This document shows positions 30,961 to 43,723 of a stretch of 64,000 bases of DNA, piece after piece. Below the pieces are notes generated by a model. The model had not been told where the DNA came from. It worked only from the letters and a program-made list of their open reading frames with translations, and did not search any database. The stretch is from Paraspadella gotoi (taxonomy: Eukaryota; Animalia; Chaetognatha), in contig CM119267.1 in the NCBI GenBank assembly GCA_051294375.1, forward strand, positions 20,337,476 to 20,401,475, written 5' to 3'. The position numbers were made by a program, and so were the translations under genes. How positions within the stretch are numbered: the first letter of the stretch is position 1; each line of letters begins with the position of its first letter.

Positions 30961-32145
30961 GATCGATTTGTGTTCCCTCGAGCGTCGCGCCTCGCCGCCG
31001 GAAGTGCTGGATTCGGGACGAGAAAAACATTATTTCGAGTCAAAAATGGCTTAACTTTCTCTTAAGCAATTTTAAAGCTGACACGAATTCAGGGTAAAAG
31101 GACTACGTAAAGTAGGACTCACCCGAGGGAAGAAGAGGACGAGGCCGGCGGGGAGGTCGTCGTTCGTCTTAGAATTGGTTGTTGGGAAGACGAAGGATGT
31201 AGAGAACTCAGATCTTGGGGAGAGAGAGAGATTGGGGGGAATTGAATGGGAATATGTAAAATTGTAAACTGCGTAATAACCGAAAGTTTAAACAGAAGAC
31301 ACGACAACCCTTTATAATTTATACTCACCCGAAGCGTCAGTGGCTGCGTCGGCGGTCGGCAGGAGACGGGGTCGTTTGTTAGGAGGTGGACTGTGACCTC
31401 CGGCCTCCGCGTCCGAGTCAGAGTCGGAAGTCGGCTCCAGAGTTGTGATGGGGGAACGCGGTCCGCGGCGACGCCCTCTCCCGACGACGCAAGAGCCAGG
31501 GCGAGAGGTGTCCCGGGGGTGGAGGAGATAAAGAGAAAGAAAGGGCGGGTCGGTCGAAACGGATAAGAGTTACAATACGTCTAAAGGAGATTAGATTTAG
31601 AATGATGGCGATGCATTTCTTGTCAACGAGGAAAAGTGGGAGTCATTGTTATCGATATAACCAGAAGTAGGAAAAGATTTCGTTTTTCTGCAGACGTTTA
31701 TTAGTTTCTGATGGGTAACTTACTAAACAAAAACAAAAAGTCAGTTTTAAAATTGAAACAAATGGCGAGGAAGTCTCACTCAATAAATGTCAATGGCAAA
31801 GGCCACTGGACGGCACGGTCGACCACAATGTTGCCCACTGTGTAGGATCTGCGAATATGAATACACAAGAGAACGGGGGACGACAACTGATATAGGATAC
31901 ACACCCGAACGCGTACTTTCTATAATAATAGACACGATGCTCACTGGGCTGAAAGGGAAACAATAATATAATAGGCACAAATCAAATAAACCATGATTAA
32001 TAATAATACGCATCGGTTAGTATAGTCTTTGAGATTGTCCACAATATTGTTTCCGACACTGGTCACCGACATTCGGTGCATCAAACTAATCGCTTCACAA
32101 AGAAACCCAAAATGTCTATCAATGTGTTTCAACCAAAACAACGCT

Positions 32146-32843
32146 TCATGTCTGGGCAGAGACTTGGCCCGCGTCAACTTTAGGGTCGTGCTCGCCCAAG
32201 AATTTAAGAAACCCATCGAGGCATCGCTCGCCTTCGTATTTGGCGTGAGGCTGGCCGTCCTTGAAGAGAAGTAGGGAGGGATAGCTGCGGACGCCGTACC
32301 TGTCCAATGTCATAGAAAGAGAATACTATTAAATGACGTATATAACTATAGTTATTAACTATATACCGTATTAATGAAAGATAAAATCCATCGGGGTTAC
32401 TGTAAGTAACAGAAAAAACAGAGACACGAACCGCTGACACAGCGCCTTATCCTCGTCGCAGTCTATCATGGCGACGTCGACGTTCCCGCCAACACGCTCG
32501 CCTAAATCCTTCCAAGTGGGCGCTAGTCGTTGGCAATGCCCGCACCAGCTCGTCTGGAAGTTGACAAAAGTCAGCCCCTTTTTCTCGGGAAAAGGGTCGT
32601 AGAGAACGGGCAACAAGTCAGACCACGGCTGAACTTTTGGAAAGATGTTCGGCGAATCTGGTGAAAAGGTGGAATTTTCAAAGGGCAATTTATCGGACTG
32701 ATCTTGCTCAGGATTGCCCCAAGTCAGCCCGACCCACTTTTCGGTTCAGTCGATATGCTCTCACCTCCATTAGCGATGTATGCCCCTATCACGGCTGCGA
32801 TGGGTCCCGTCACGGCCAGCCCAATTACGTGCTTCAACTTCAT
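32146..32843 (-). CDS. Single-domain PDI/TXNDC5-like thioredoxin with N-terminal hydrophobic segment, 3 exons
   Basis: MKLKHVIGLAVTGPIAAVIGAYIANG|...TFVNFQTSWCGHCQRLAPTW...IDCDEDKALCQR|YGVRSYPSLLLFKDG...YEGER; ends VSAQT*. Confidence 0.88.
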
Positions 32844-33157
32844 CCCTCATTCACAGCATTTTTCTTGTTTTTTTTTCTTCTCTGCCGATTTTCTCTGTCT
32901 ACTAATTACAAAAAAACCTGTGCGAACGAAAAAAAACGGTATAAAATCATGTCCAAAAGGGACCCAAAAATAACAACTTAACGACTCAATATTTAATTTA
33001 TAATATCACGTTTCAACGAGTCAACAAAATTAACATCGAAGATAACGGAAAGAGACGTAATGGATCTTGGTAAAAGATGTTTTCTCGTCGTAGTAATCAA
33101 GTATCGGTGTCGCTGGCAGAAAATGAGAGAGACTCGGAGAGAGATGAGGAGAAGACG

Positions 33158-35340
33158 TCATTCTCCAACCATGTCGCGTAAATCTCGCCCACGCTGCGTG
33201 CTTGCTTCAATGGCGCCGATGACGGCGTCGCAAAACCCGCGCCCGCTCTCCAATACGTGAACGCCGTAAACCGTGGCGCCGCCGGGCGACATAACTTCGT
33301 CGCGGAGTTGAATGGGGTGAGTTCCTAGAGATTCGTAAAGTTCAGTTCGTAGTCAGGTAACAATAGAAGAAAATATTTTCAAAACAAAACGGGGAAACAA
33401 CAAAGACAAATTGAGACCTACCAGTTTCCAGAACCATCGTGGCTGCACCACGAAGCGTGTGAGCAGCCATCTCCGTCGCCATCGCGCGTGGGATTCCCAC
33501 TTTGACGCCGCCGTCTATGAGCGAACAAATGAGAAAATGAATAACGAAGTGTCAATTTAAACGTTACACAAGCAGTCAGCGCCAAAGCCTTAACCCGCAC
33601 CAGACATTGCTTGAATCATGGACATGACAAAGGCTGTCCCGCAGCCGGCCAATCCCGCCGTGCTGTCCATGAGGCTCTCGTCAGGGACCTTTGAGAGAGT
33701 AAAAAAAAAAATTAACTTTTAGGCCTTTTTGACGAATTATGTTTAAGAAAAAATGATTCAAAATTAAAAACGACCTTAAAGCATTTTCCAACCGCATTGA
33801 ACAGCTTCACAACGCGAGCTTCTTCTTCGGCGGTCACGCTGTTCGAGCAACAATAGGACGCCACTCCTAAGAATAAAAATAAATCAATGATGGTCTCCTG
33901 GGGAAAGAAAACCGCTTCGCACTCTGAATTCTGAATCGCTACCTTGGCCAACGCGGCAAGCGGTGTTGGGCATGAGGCGGATGATCTTGGCTGCGACTCC
34001 GGCTGCACCGGCCATCTGACCAAGAGTGACACCCGCGGCGACGCTGATAAGAACCACGGGAAGTCCCGCCAACCGATCCCTGATTTCCCGCAACACGGAA
34101 AGGATGTATTGAGGCTTTACGCAAAGGAACACGGTGCCTTAAGGGGAAGAAAAGAAAAATACCGTTATTTGATTGCTCCTGACGCAATTAAAAGTAAAAA
34201 ATCACAGAAAAAATCTTAAAAGTATAGTGATCTCGCCAGACGTTACTATCAAAGAAAATTAATGTAAAAATCCAGGAAAAAAACAAATGATTGATGCGAT
34301 AATGAATTATTGATGTTATAATAATTGATTGATATAATAATAATAATTGATTCATATAATAGTAATTGATTCATATAATAGTAATTGATTAATGTAATAA
34401 TAATTGATTAATGTAATAATAATTGATTGATTGATTAATTCGATTATAACAAATTATTAATACAATAATAACCAATTATTGATGTAATAATAACCAATTA
34501 TTGATGCGATAATAACCAAATATTGATACGATGATAACCAAATATTGATGCGATGATAACCATTTATTGATGCGATGATAATCATTCATTGACGTGATGA
34601 TAATCATTCATTATTAATAAAACAAATGCGTGTATGATTGAGAGAAAAAGAGAGAGAAAGAAGAAAAAAAAATAGAGAGAAGCTGGACAGCCACTGGACA
34701 GCCGCTGCAGAGCTGAAATCGTTTTTAAACAAATCAGAAGAGGCAGCGATGGAAAAAAAAAAAGAGCAACATATAATTAAAAGAAAGAGAAAAGCTGGAA
34801 AGCCACTGCAGAGCTGAACTCGTTTATATATATAAAAATTGTTTTGTAAATAAAAACAAACAAATGAATGTAACAATATGAAACGTATGAACCTAAAAGA
34901 TCTTTCTGATTAAAAGCTATATTTAAAATTTTAGCTTTCTATGGATACACACTTTTAAAATTTCCAATGGTAAAAAAGCGTGACGACGATGACAATGGTC
35001 ACAAAGAAGCAGAAGCGACCCTACATCTCGCACAAGTCGGGCTTAAGCCCGTCTGGCGAGATAAAAAATCCGGTTCTTCGATTCAACTCCCGAAACGTCC
35101 TTATTCTTTACCTGACTGAGCTGCGACCATAGAGTTGTCCTGGGTCGTAGTGACAGCATCGCCAACTTCTGCACGAAACTTGTCCAGAGTCGCGTTCGTT
35201 CTGGCGCTCGCGATGATGCTCTGAGGAGAAACGAGACCAGATGCCACGAATCCTCGCGCCATTGCGGTGGCCATATTTCCAGCGCCAATGAGGCCAACGG
35301 TCGATGATTGAGCGCCGGAAACTGCTGCGTCTCCACTCAT
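33158..35340 (-). CDS. PYCR: Pyrroline-5-carboxylate reductase (PYCR/PYCR3-like), 6 exons
   Basis: VGLIGAGNMA, FLCVKP, ISVAAGVT, IRLMPNT, GLAGCG, HPIQLRDEVMSPGGAT. Confidence 0.93.
34285..34612. repeat. Degenerate 21-bp minisatellite in PYCR intron 1
   Basis: Successive units such as AATTGATTCATATAATAGT.. drift into AACCAAATATTGATGCGATGAT-like units. Confidence 0.85.
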
Positions 35341-37224
35341 TCTTAAAATTTTTATGAAATTACTAGCAAAACAAAGATAAGTCGTCAAAGAGAACCAAAA
35401 TGTATTAAAATTGCACTTGTCAAATTAAACCAGCAAAAGAGGAAAACAATTAAATTAATAACAGAAGTATCTAGTATAAAGAGTTAAAGACCTTTAAAAG
35501 AAATGACTTAGAAATACTTTCTGTAAGGTTTCGACGCAACCTCGCAGGAGACAATGGAGATTTTGCCCTCTTAACTATAAGTATACACCTAAATACGGGA
35601 TAATCAGAATTTCATAGGCCACGAAAAAAGCACTGAAAAATAAACTATATTCTTTGATTATTTTGAGTCAGGGGTCAAATATTGAAATTCGCCTCGATAG
35701 TTCTATTTGTATTCACATAGAGTTCGTTCATACTAAATTTCAATAAATTTGGTCCTGTAGTTTTCTTGGAACGTGTTCTGGTCTCAAAAAAGGGGTATAA
35801 TAATAGCCATAGCCGATGAATTTTAAATGCTAATGTATACAGCGTTAAAATAATCTATCATGACCATAGATTATGGTATTAAAATATATTTTGTCAAAAA
35901 TGCTTTCTTCAGAGGGTACTAGCCTAATTAAAAATATTATATTAATATAATTTTTAATTTTTAATTTTTAATTTTTATATTGGTTGTACCAATTTCATTA
36001 ATATAAAGAGCAAAAATTATTTTTTTAAATCTTAAAATTTTTTGATGGATTCTGATAGAGCATAAAAAGTTAAACAAGAAATATATATATGCGATTTTAT
36101 TCGAATACAACGAGGTTGATTCAGTACAATCATCATCAACAAACAAACAAACAAAGACAGACTAAGTCTAAGCAAAAAACAAAATAGAGAGAAAAAAAAA
36201 CAGTTAATTAAATAAAATTAATTAATTAAAATTTAAACAATTAAAAATTGTTCTTATGTTGTAAAAAATGGAACAAGTTTCTGAAGAACAGTATTTTTCA
36301 TTGTATATATCTTTGAGATAAAGGTTTTCTTACGATTATTAAAAATTGTAGATAGGTCGTGGTATCCAAACATACTCCTAAGTTCTCTCACACTTTCCCA
36401 TCGACTGATAAAATCATTGAAAGATGATGATGATTTTTTACGGTTTTTCTTATTTTTGACACACTTATCGTAAAAATATTTAAAAAAGAATTATACTTTG
36501 TGTAGACAACTTTTTATGAGCTATCTGAATCTGATTTTAAAATTTAAAAATTCTAAAAAAAATTTTTGGCCTTTCCTATCTATAAATAATTATTAAAAAA
36601 ATAATTATTAGGGTATAGACTCTATACTATACTATACTATACTATAGAGCCATATTAGAAATTTTTTGTCCATTTAAAGTATTCTTAAAAATGTCTAAAT
36701 ATTCGTTTGAGCATGTACTCTCTAAATTTTTGACTCACCCCATTGAGTTCGGCTACCCCTAATAATAGTAATTATTAATATGAAATACAAAACTTTACCC
36801 AACGTACCCGTAAATTTCGTGTAATACCCCCAAAAGCCAACCACATAAGACAAACATAGGCCACATAAAAGGCCCTATAAAATTAACTATATGCTTTGAT
36901 TATTTTATTGCCATACCTGAGCACAAAGTTAGATTTAAAGTAATTTTAGACGTTGAAATGAAGCTACAAAAGGAAACGGTTTAACGCCTATTTATGATAA
37001 TAATTATGATCAGTTGTTGGATGAAAACAGCTTTTGGTTGATTTTTAACATAATTACTATAAAAACTTCCATGTTTTTTAAACGAAAATCATAAACGTCT
37101 CCTAACAAGGAAAATATTTGCTCTTCTTCGTTTTCTGCAATATGCAAATGAGATTTTGGAAGGATGTTTAAGATGAAACACTCGCTATGTCGGGAAGAAA
37201 CTTTCGTGGATTCGTTCATCGGCT

Positions 37225-37375
37225 TTTATTCATCAGTGGATTAATTTACGATCGGACATTTATTCATCTGTGGATCAATTCGTTCATTAATTATTCATTA
37301 ATCATTCAATGATTATTCATAGATCATTCATTGATTATTCATAGATTGTTCATCGATAGTTATTGATCGTTTATT
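37225..37375. repeat. Degenerate short-period tandem repeat (ATTCATAGAT/GATTATTCAT units)
   Basis: Read directly. Confidence 0.65.
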
Positions 37376-38894
37376 ATCTATTTCCTCCCACAGTTATCGT
37401 GAATCATTTATAGTATGATAGGAGAGGTGTTGGGTACTTGGTTCTGTTTAAAGGTCATTGATCAATGATTAAGATACAGCGTAGATTCCATGGTGCTCAG
37501 ACTGTCAATGCACGGTCGCCCGTGATCTATCCAAACCTATGGTTGTTCCGAGACATTCTGCCACGCCGTGACGTTCCGTGTCACCCCTTTGATCTCTCAC
37601 CGTTCTTATCGCCCATCAGTAAGGGGGTACGCAGGATTCGCCCTCTAACAGCTAAAGTAAAGACACGTACGTTGTGACCAAAATTAGTTATAAGATTATG
37701 AAAATTAATGTTTTTATTTATCATTTCCTTATTTTAATTTTTTTTCAAAATTGATTTTGATAACTATTCATAATATTACTTCATAATTGTATTATTATTA
37801 TTTTAATATTATATAATAATAATAATAATATTATACTAATAATAATATCAGTAATAATAATAGTAGAAATAATAATATTATTATATTATTATTTCTGGAT
37901 GATCTTGATAGTCATGATTTTAAAGATAATTCCAGTTAAGACTTTTCAACAAAAAAATATAAAAAAAAAATTGCAAACCGTCAAAGCAAGCAAAAACTTT
38001 AGGTCTTAGATCGTAATTGTTTTTGATATCTTTTTATTACAGACTCGGCGCTCGGGGTTTTGGCCAATCCAGTCTATCGTCCTTCGGATTTGTGCGGACT
38101 TGGCTCTTGGACTCGTTCATTCGTGGGCATGTATTGGGCATCGCGCTATTAACCCTACAAACAGACATTGTACTCTTTTTGTATCTCAGTTCATAGTTTT
38201 ATCATTGATACCTGAAAGAGATCATTCAGAAATTTTTTACAATTTGACTGCGCATTATAAAAAAGGCTTGGATGACTTTGGATATCGTAAGCAAATGACT
38301 ACTTGGTTATTGAATAATTGACTAGACTCAGCGGAAAAGGCAAGACTGGTATTTCGAGACTGACTACTTCGAAAACACGAGTTTCTACCGAAAAAGCGGT
38401 GGAATACTAATGTAGAATTTTTGGTCGTACACAGTACGAAATTCTGTTTAAATAATAAAAATACGTATACGACGATTACAAAAAATAGGTGCAAAAATCA
38501 GTAAAAAAAATTGTTGGACTATCACTTACAACCGTTACATGGGAAAACCGCGACGAAAAGCAATCACGGTTCCCGCAGTCAATATAAACGGACGGATTAG
38601 ACGTTACGCATGGCAAATCAGTTGTGGGGACACGGGAGATTTTTTTGTGCGCTTCATGTGTTTTCGGTGCTTATTTTTTTCCTTTTTTCGGTTTAGTTGG
38701 GTTCCTTCTTTTTTTCTGCGATGCACGATCACTGGAAGAAAAAGTCGAGGCTTCGAAGTGTTTTTGTGAGTAGGACGCTTTCGTGGCGACGATCCCATGA
38801 CAACAAAGATTCGCGATTGATTAAACGAGGCTCGCCACATTTGATTTTGAGGAAGACGCGCGCGTGCAAAGTCACGCCGCCTTTCGTCCGTCTC

Positions 38895-41800
38895 TCACTT
38901 TATAAGGTGAGGCTCGTTCTTGCGCGATCCTCCGCCAACTTGCACGGTGGCGCTCGTGGCGTGTTGCTGCTGACTGGCGATGGCGGCCGCAGCGCTCTTG
39001 GCTTCGGCGGCAAACTGGTAGACGATTAGTAGACAGTCACGGCACAGGTGGACGATCCGCTTGCAGCAGTTCAGCTCAGTTGCCCCGATAACCTCCGAAC
39101 TTTTGTTAAAAATTGTTTCCCACGAATTCTTTCCAGACCCTGAAGGAAAAGTCAAAAATAAAATATACTTCGACTTTTAATTAAATAATAAATACGTATA
39201 TTTCATCTATTAGACCTGAGAAGCAGTTCCACAATCCTTGACCATGACTCCAGAGAAGGCGATTAAATACCTAAAAATTAAAACATATGCGCGGCTCAAT
39301 GATAACAGATTGCTAAGCTCATTTTAGTCCTTTTTTACCCGATTGAATATTCGCGAAAGTTTGAGAGATTCAATGTCATTGGTGTGCCACGCCCTTTGTA
39401 AAACTGCGCGGACGTTCGAACGGACGATGTCAATCACCTGTTCCAAGGTTTAAGATCGCGTAGCAATATTTGATTTCGTTTCAATAACTGAATTTTAAAC
39501 GTGCTTTCCGCTCGATTCCTCGCTCCCACCTTCCTCCGTTTTATGGAATCGAGCTTGACCAGCCAGTAGGAGGCGATTCGGGGTTTGTGGAATTTCCAAT
39601 TTTCCTGCAGCTGATTGAGGATCCATTCGGCCTCGTCGTCCGTCTTCCCGGGAAACTTGATTCGCATCTCGTTGAGGAGGGCGAGCGTGCGGCGCGTCAA
39701 CTCCTCCTCCCGTTCCTTCATCGCCGCGGACATCGAGGCGTCGCCGGAGCCGCGGGCGCCTGGTAGAAGGTTCAAAGGAAGATGCGGTGAAAATTGGACG
39801 CAAAACCGTTTTACTCCACGACACCTTGGGAGAAGTCGCCCACCTGGTCCGCTGCTGACGGGTCGAAGGGAACCCCCCCCTTTCCTCGTTTGGCCGACGT
39901 TCGCGCCCGAAGATGGACGCGAGAAGGACGACGACTTACGACCCTGGATTCCGGCTTTCGCTAGACCCTCGTTCGAGTTCCACCTTTCGCCGAGACCCTC
40001 GCGTCTGCTAAAACATTATCGAACAGACCGTTTAACAATCCGACTGCCCACTTCTGTTCAAAAGGAGAAACCTGTAATGGTGCGCGGCGTTGGGTCGACC
40101 CGCCGCCAATTTTCCTACTTTAGTTTTTCCGTTCATTAGATTGTTACGGTTTATTCCAGAATTTTGCACCAATTTTCTGTGGAATTACGGATTGGGAAAA
40201 AGAAATAAACTTTTATTTCGTTGAGAATTAACGGGATATAAAAATAGTGATCAACCTCGAAATGTGTTCCATAGAATCATCAGACGAGTCGGTGGACCCA
40301 TTGTCATCCTCGATTTCTTCGTCGTATTCGTCGATGCCTCTGAAAAGATTCATGGCATTTTAGTTTTTAACAAATAAAAGTCATAACGAGTGATTAATTT
40401 CACGGATTTCCTGCGACTCACATTTTGCTGGACGGCATGGACGACAAAGGCTTGGGTCCGTGATTGAAATATCGAGTACCATAACCACCACTCCCGCCAC
40501 CACCCTGACTACCACGGGCGAATGAAGAGGATTGTGTGGAAGCAGAAAGGCCCGAACTACCTGAACCAACACCTGCGTAAAATATAAAAAAAAGGTTAAA
40601 AGTAGCCACGACCTTTTTTGGTATTCTTCGTCAATGTCTTCCGGTAGTAACTTTAATATCTGGCTCTCTAATTAATGCGTCCAACAAAATTAATCAATAA
40701 ATCTCTGAAGTACTTGGAAAATCCTTACCTACGACACCGAGTCCGGCGGCGGAGTTGGATTTGGCGCACGTCTCGTCAGCTTCGCACTCGGCGAGCATGT
40801 CGAGGATGTCCTCCTCGCGAAGATGCTTGTAGGTCCACTGGATCTCGCGCTGCATGGAAGTCGCCCGGCCGGACATGAAGACCTAGTTCGGAAGTAAGAA
40901 AATTATAGACCAAGTCCTAAATAAACTGGGGCATTGCGGTGACTCAAAAATAAGAATTTAGAGAAAAATTCGAGACGTGTTTTTTGTGAGAAGAGAAAAC
41001 ATATATTAACGAAAAACAGAGTAAAAATCAAAAAGGTAAAAATAACAACAACAACAAATACGTATTTACATTGGCTGGAAAAGGTCAGCCATAACAAGGT
41101 CATTCTGTTTGGATATGAACGGTCATTCTTACTGACCACTACGAGTCACAAAGTACAAAGACTTCGTCGTCGTCTTCGTTATTATATTCGTCGTCGTCGT
41201 CGTCGTCTTTGTTCGAATCATTTGAGTTCCCAAAGCATTCACAAACATGCCGAAACCTGCAACGAGTCGACGAGGAGATTGATGTACTTTTCGAGCTTAA
41301 ACTTGTCGTCGGGCGGGAAGATGCGTCGGAATCTGCCGCAGTTGCGATTCTCAAAGTCCTCGCGCGCCGCGTCGCGCCGCACCTTCGCCAGCAACTCGCG
41401 CAGCTCTTCCTTTTTCTTCTCCATGATTAGGCGTTTCCGGTCGGACTCGGATATGTCGCCTGGCGAACATGAAGGTTACTCTACAAAATTCAAAAAACAA
41501 AAACAAAGAACAAAAACCCACCTTCCGGACGTTTATGGGGTTGCAACAATCTTTTCTGTGCCGCTGCCTTTTGAGCCGCCATGTTTTTTCTTTTATCCGA
41601 AGCTCGAATGTTCAATAATCTGTCGAAAGAAAAAAAAAATTTTCCGGATAACTCTTGCCTCACAGTCGATATAAAAAAAAGGTGCAAGATAAACCTGAGC
41701 GCGTCCAGAAGCATATCTGATTTGATTTCTTTGTCGATCTTCTCGTCAGTGTTGAAGGAGGGCGATCTGTTGACCTCCAGCAGCCATGGCCTCAGCTTTT

Positions 41801-43723
41801 CGTCGAGAAGAACGTCGAAACCGAGTACCTCGAAGCTGACCGACTCGCCGCCTATAGAAATCAAAGGTCATGACTTAAGAGGCAAATACTCAGGGACAAT
41901 TAGGGAAGTTCTTCCTTAACACTAACCCGGAGTGTGGCCTGGGCGGCACATCCGGTAGGCGTGGAGAACGTGCGGTTCGGCCAACACCATCGTCTTGATG
42001 ATCATATCCGTTATTGCGCGCCATAATTGCGTCGTATCGTGATCATTCTCGCGTAGATACTAATCAATGAAATAAGATAAATAGCAAACAAACAATAAGG
42101 TATAATACGAAATGAACAAACGAACTAATTAAAGAATGATAACGACGCAAAAATCATTCACCTGGTTCAGGTATTTAATGGATCGTTTGCTTCCGCTCTC
42201 GTTACTTTCATGCTTCTCATAATTTTCACTAAAAATTAAAACAAAAATTTTATTCGGTTATTATAGCCTATTATTATGATATAAATCGAAACAAAGCTCA
42301 CCTGTGCTTGTTTATAGAGTAGTTAGTCAAATGCATGTATAATTGTTCGATGTTACCGTCCTAAAAATCAAATATAAAAGAACCCAATCATTCTTAAGCG
42401 TCAAAATACTCGATATAACACGAGAGAATAATACCAAGAGGCGGAGCTCAAGTGACAACTGCAACTACCTGAGGAGGGGCGTAGGGTTCGGTGCTGAGTC
42501 GGACGAGCCCGTCGTTGTAGAGGAAGACCCTGAGAGGATCGCAGGAAGTAACGAGGACGTAGATGCGGAGATCGAATTTGAAACCGTCGATGAGGAAGGG
42601 CTTATCGCAATACTCCTGCACGATCACGTGGTCATTCTGGGGGACCTTCGAACAAGGGAAAATTATGGCGAAGTGAATGGGGAGACATGGGTTTTTATAT
42701 TTTCTTTTTTTTTTGGGGGGGGGGTTTGTGATATCATTTTTTTTTCTTTTTTTTTTTTGGTTCGATTTCTCGCTCACTGCACTACCTTCTCCGGGGAACG
42801 ATACAGATGGATCCCGTTGCCCATGGCTCCATTGGCAGGTTTAACGATGAAGGTTTTGTGCTTTTTCTTTTTCTTCATCTCGGTCGCGTTGTTCACGAAC
42901 GCCGAATATTCTGCAAAACGGAAAACCAGAATAAGTTTTTTTTTTATCTTGATTTGATTCGAAGTGAAATCTCACCCGATGGAAATATCCACGTTTTAGG
43001 GACGAAACTGTACTCTTCGGCTCGGACCTTGGCCATTTTAGCCATGTTTCTCGCCAGACAGTCTTTCCTGAAGTATTAGCATTAAATTTTGGTCTCCGGC
43101 TGTAAAATAAAACGAACTACAAAAAGAGATTCGGAACCTGCATATCTCCCCCATCCCCGGAAAATGATTGATTCGTTGATAGGGTTTGAGTTCGGCGATG
43201 CGTTCGCTGCTAACGTAGCTATCGTTCCACTGAAGGTAGCAGTTGGGATCGTCCTCTTTGGAGACGATGAATCCCAACTCGAGGGCGCACCTCCTGACCA
43301 CGTCATAGCGGGACCCGAACAGATTCGCCGTCACCTGCGTAAAAAACAAAAATGACTTGTTTTTTTTTTCACGTTTGTTTATAATAATTAATAATAATTT
43401 TAAGTTTTTTAGTCAAACGGAAGTCAAACCGGCGGATGTTTCTTCCTCCTCTTTTTCTTGGCTTCTTTGCTTTTTTCTCCTCCGGGTTCGACGCCGGTCG
43501 TGAGAACGACTGACCCCGACAGCGTCACCCCGGCCCGCGTCACCATCGTTCCGGGGCCGGCGCCGCCGCTACTGCTGCTGCACGACGTCGAAGAGGACGA
43601 CTGAAGGAAGTCAGGAAAGGTTAGTTTTGTAGAGGCGAGATCATCGGAAATCAACAATTGTGAGCCAACCTGAGCTGGTTCCATGGCCTCCGTCGCTCGG
43701 GCTGCTCTCTCGTGGTAGTACAT
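38895..43723 (-). CDS. TTLL7: Tubulin polyglutamylase TTLL7
   Basis: QRINHFPGMGEICRKD.LARN, FIVKPANGAMGNGI, GFKFDLRIY, MHLTNYSINK, FEVLGFD, LLEVNRSPSF; TTLL7-type C-terminus IASYWLVKLDS...SWETIFNKS...CRDCLLIVY. Start codon uncertain. Confidence 0.93.

Noticed and set aside
37579-37595. TGTCACCCCTTTGATC resembling the 7SK 5' hairpin
   Set aside because: The partner GATC, the 5' GGAUG end and the 3' hairpin with U-tract are not present.
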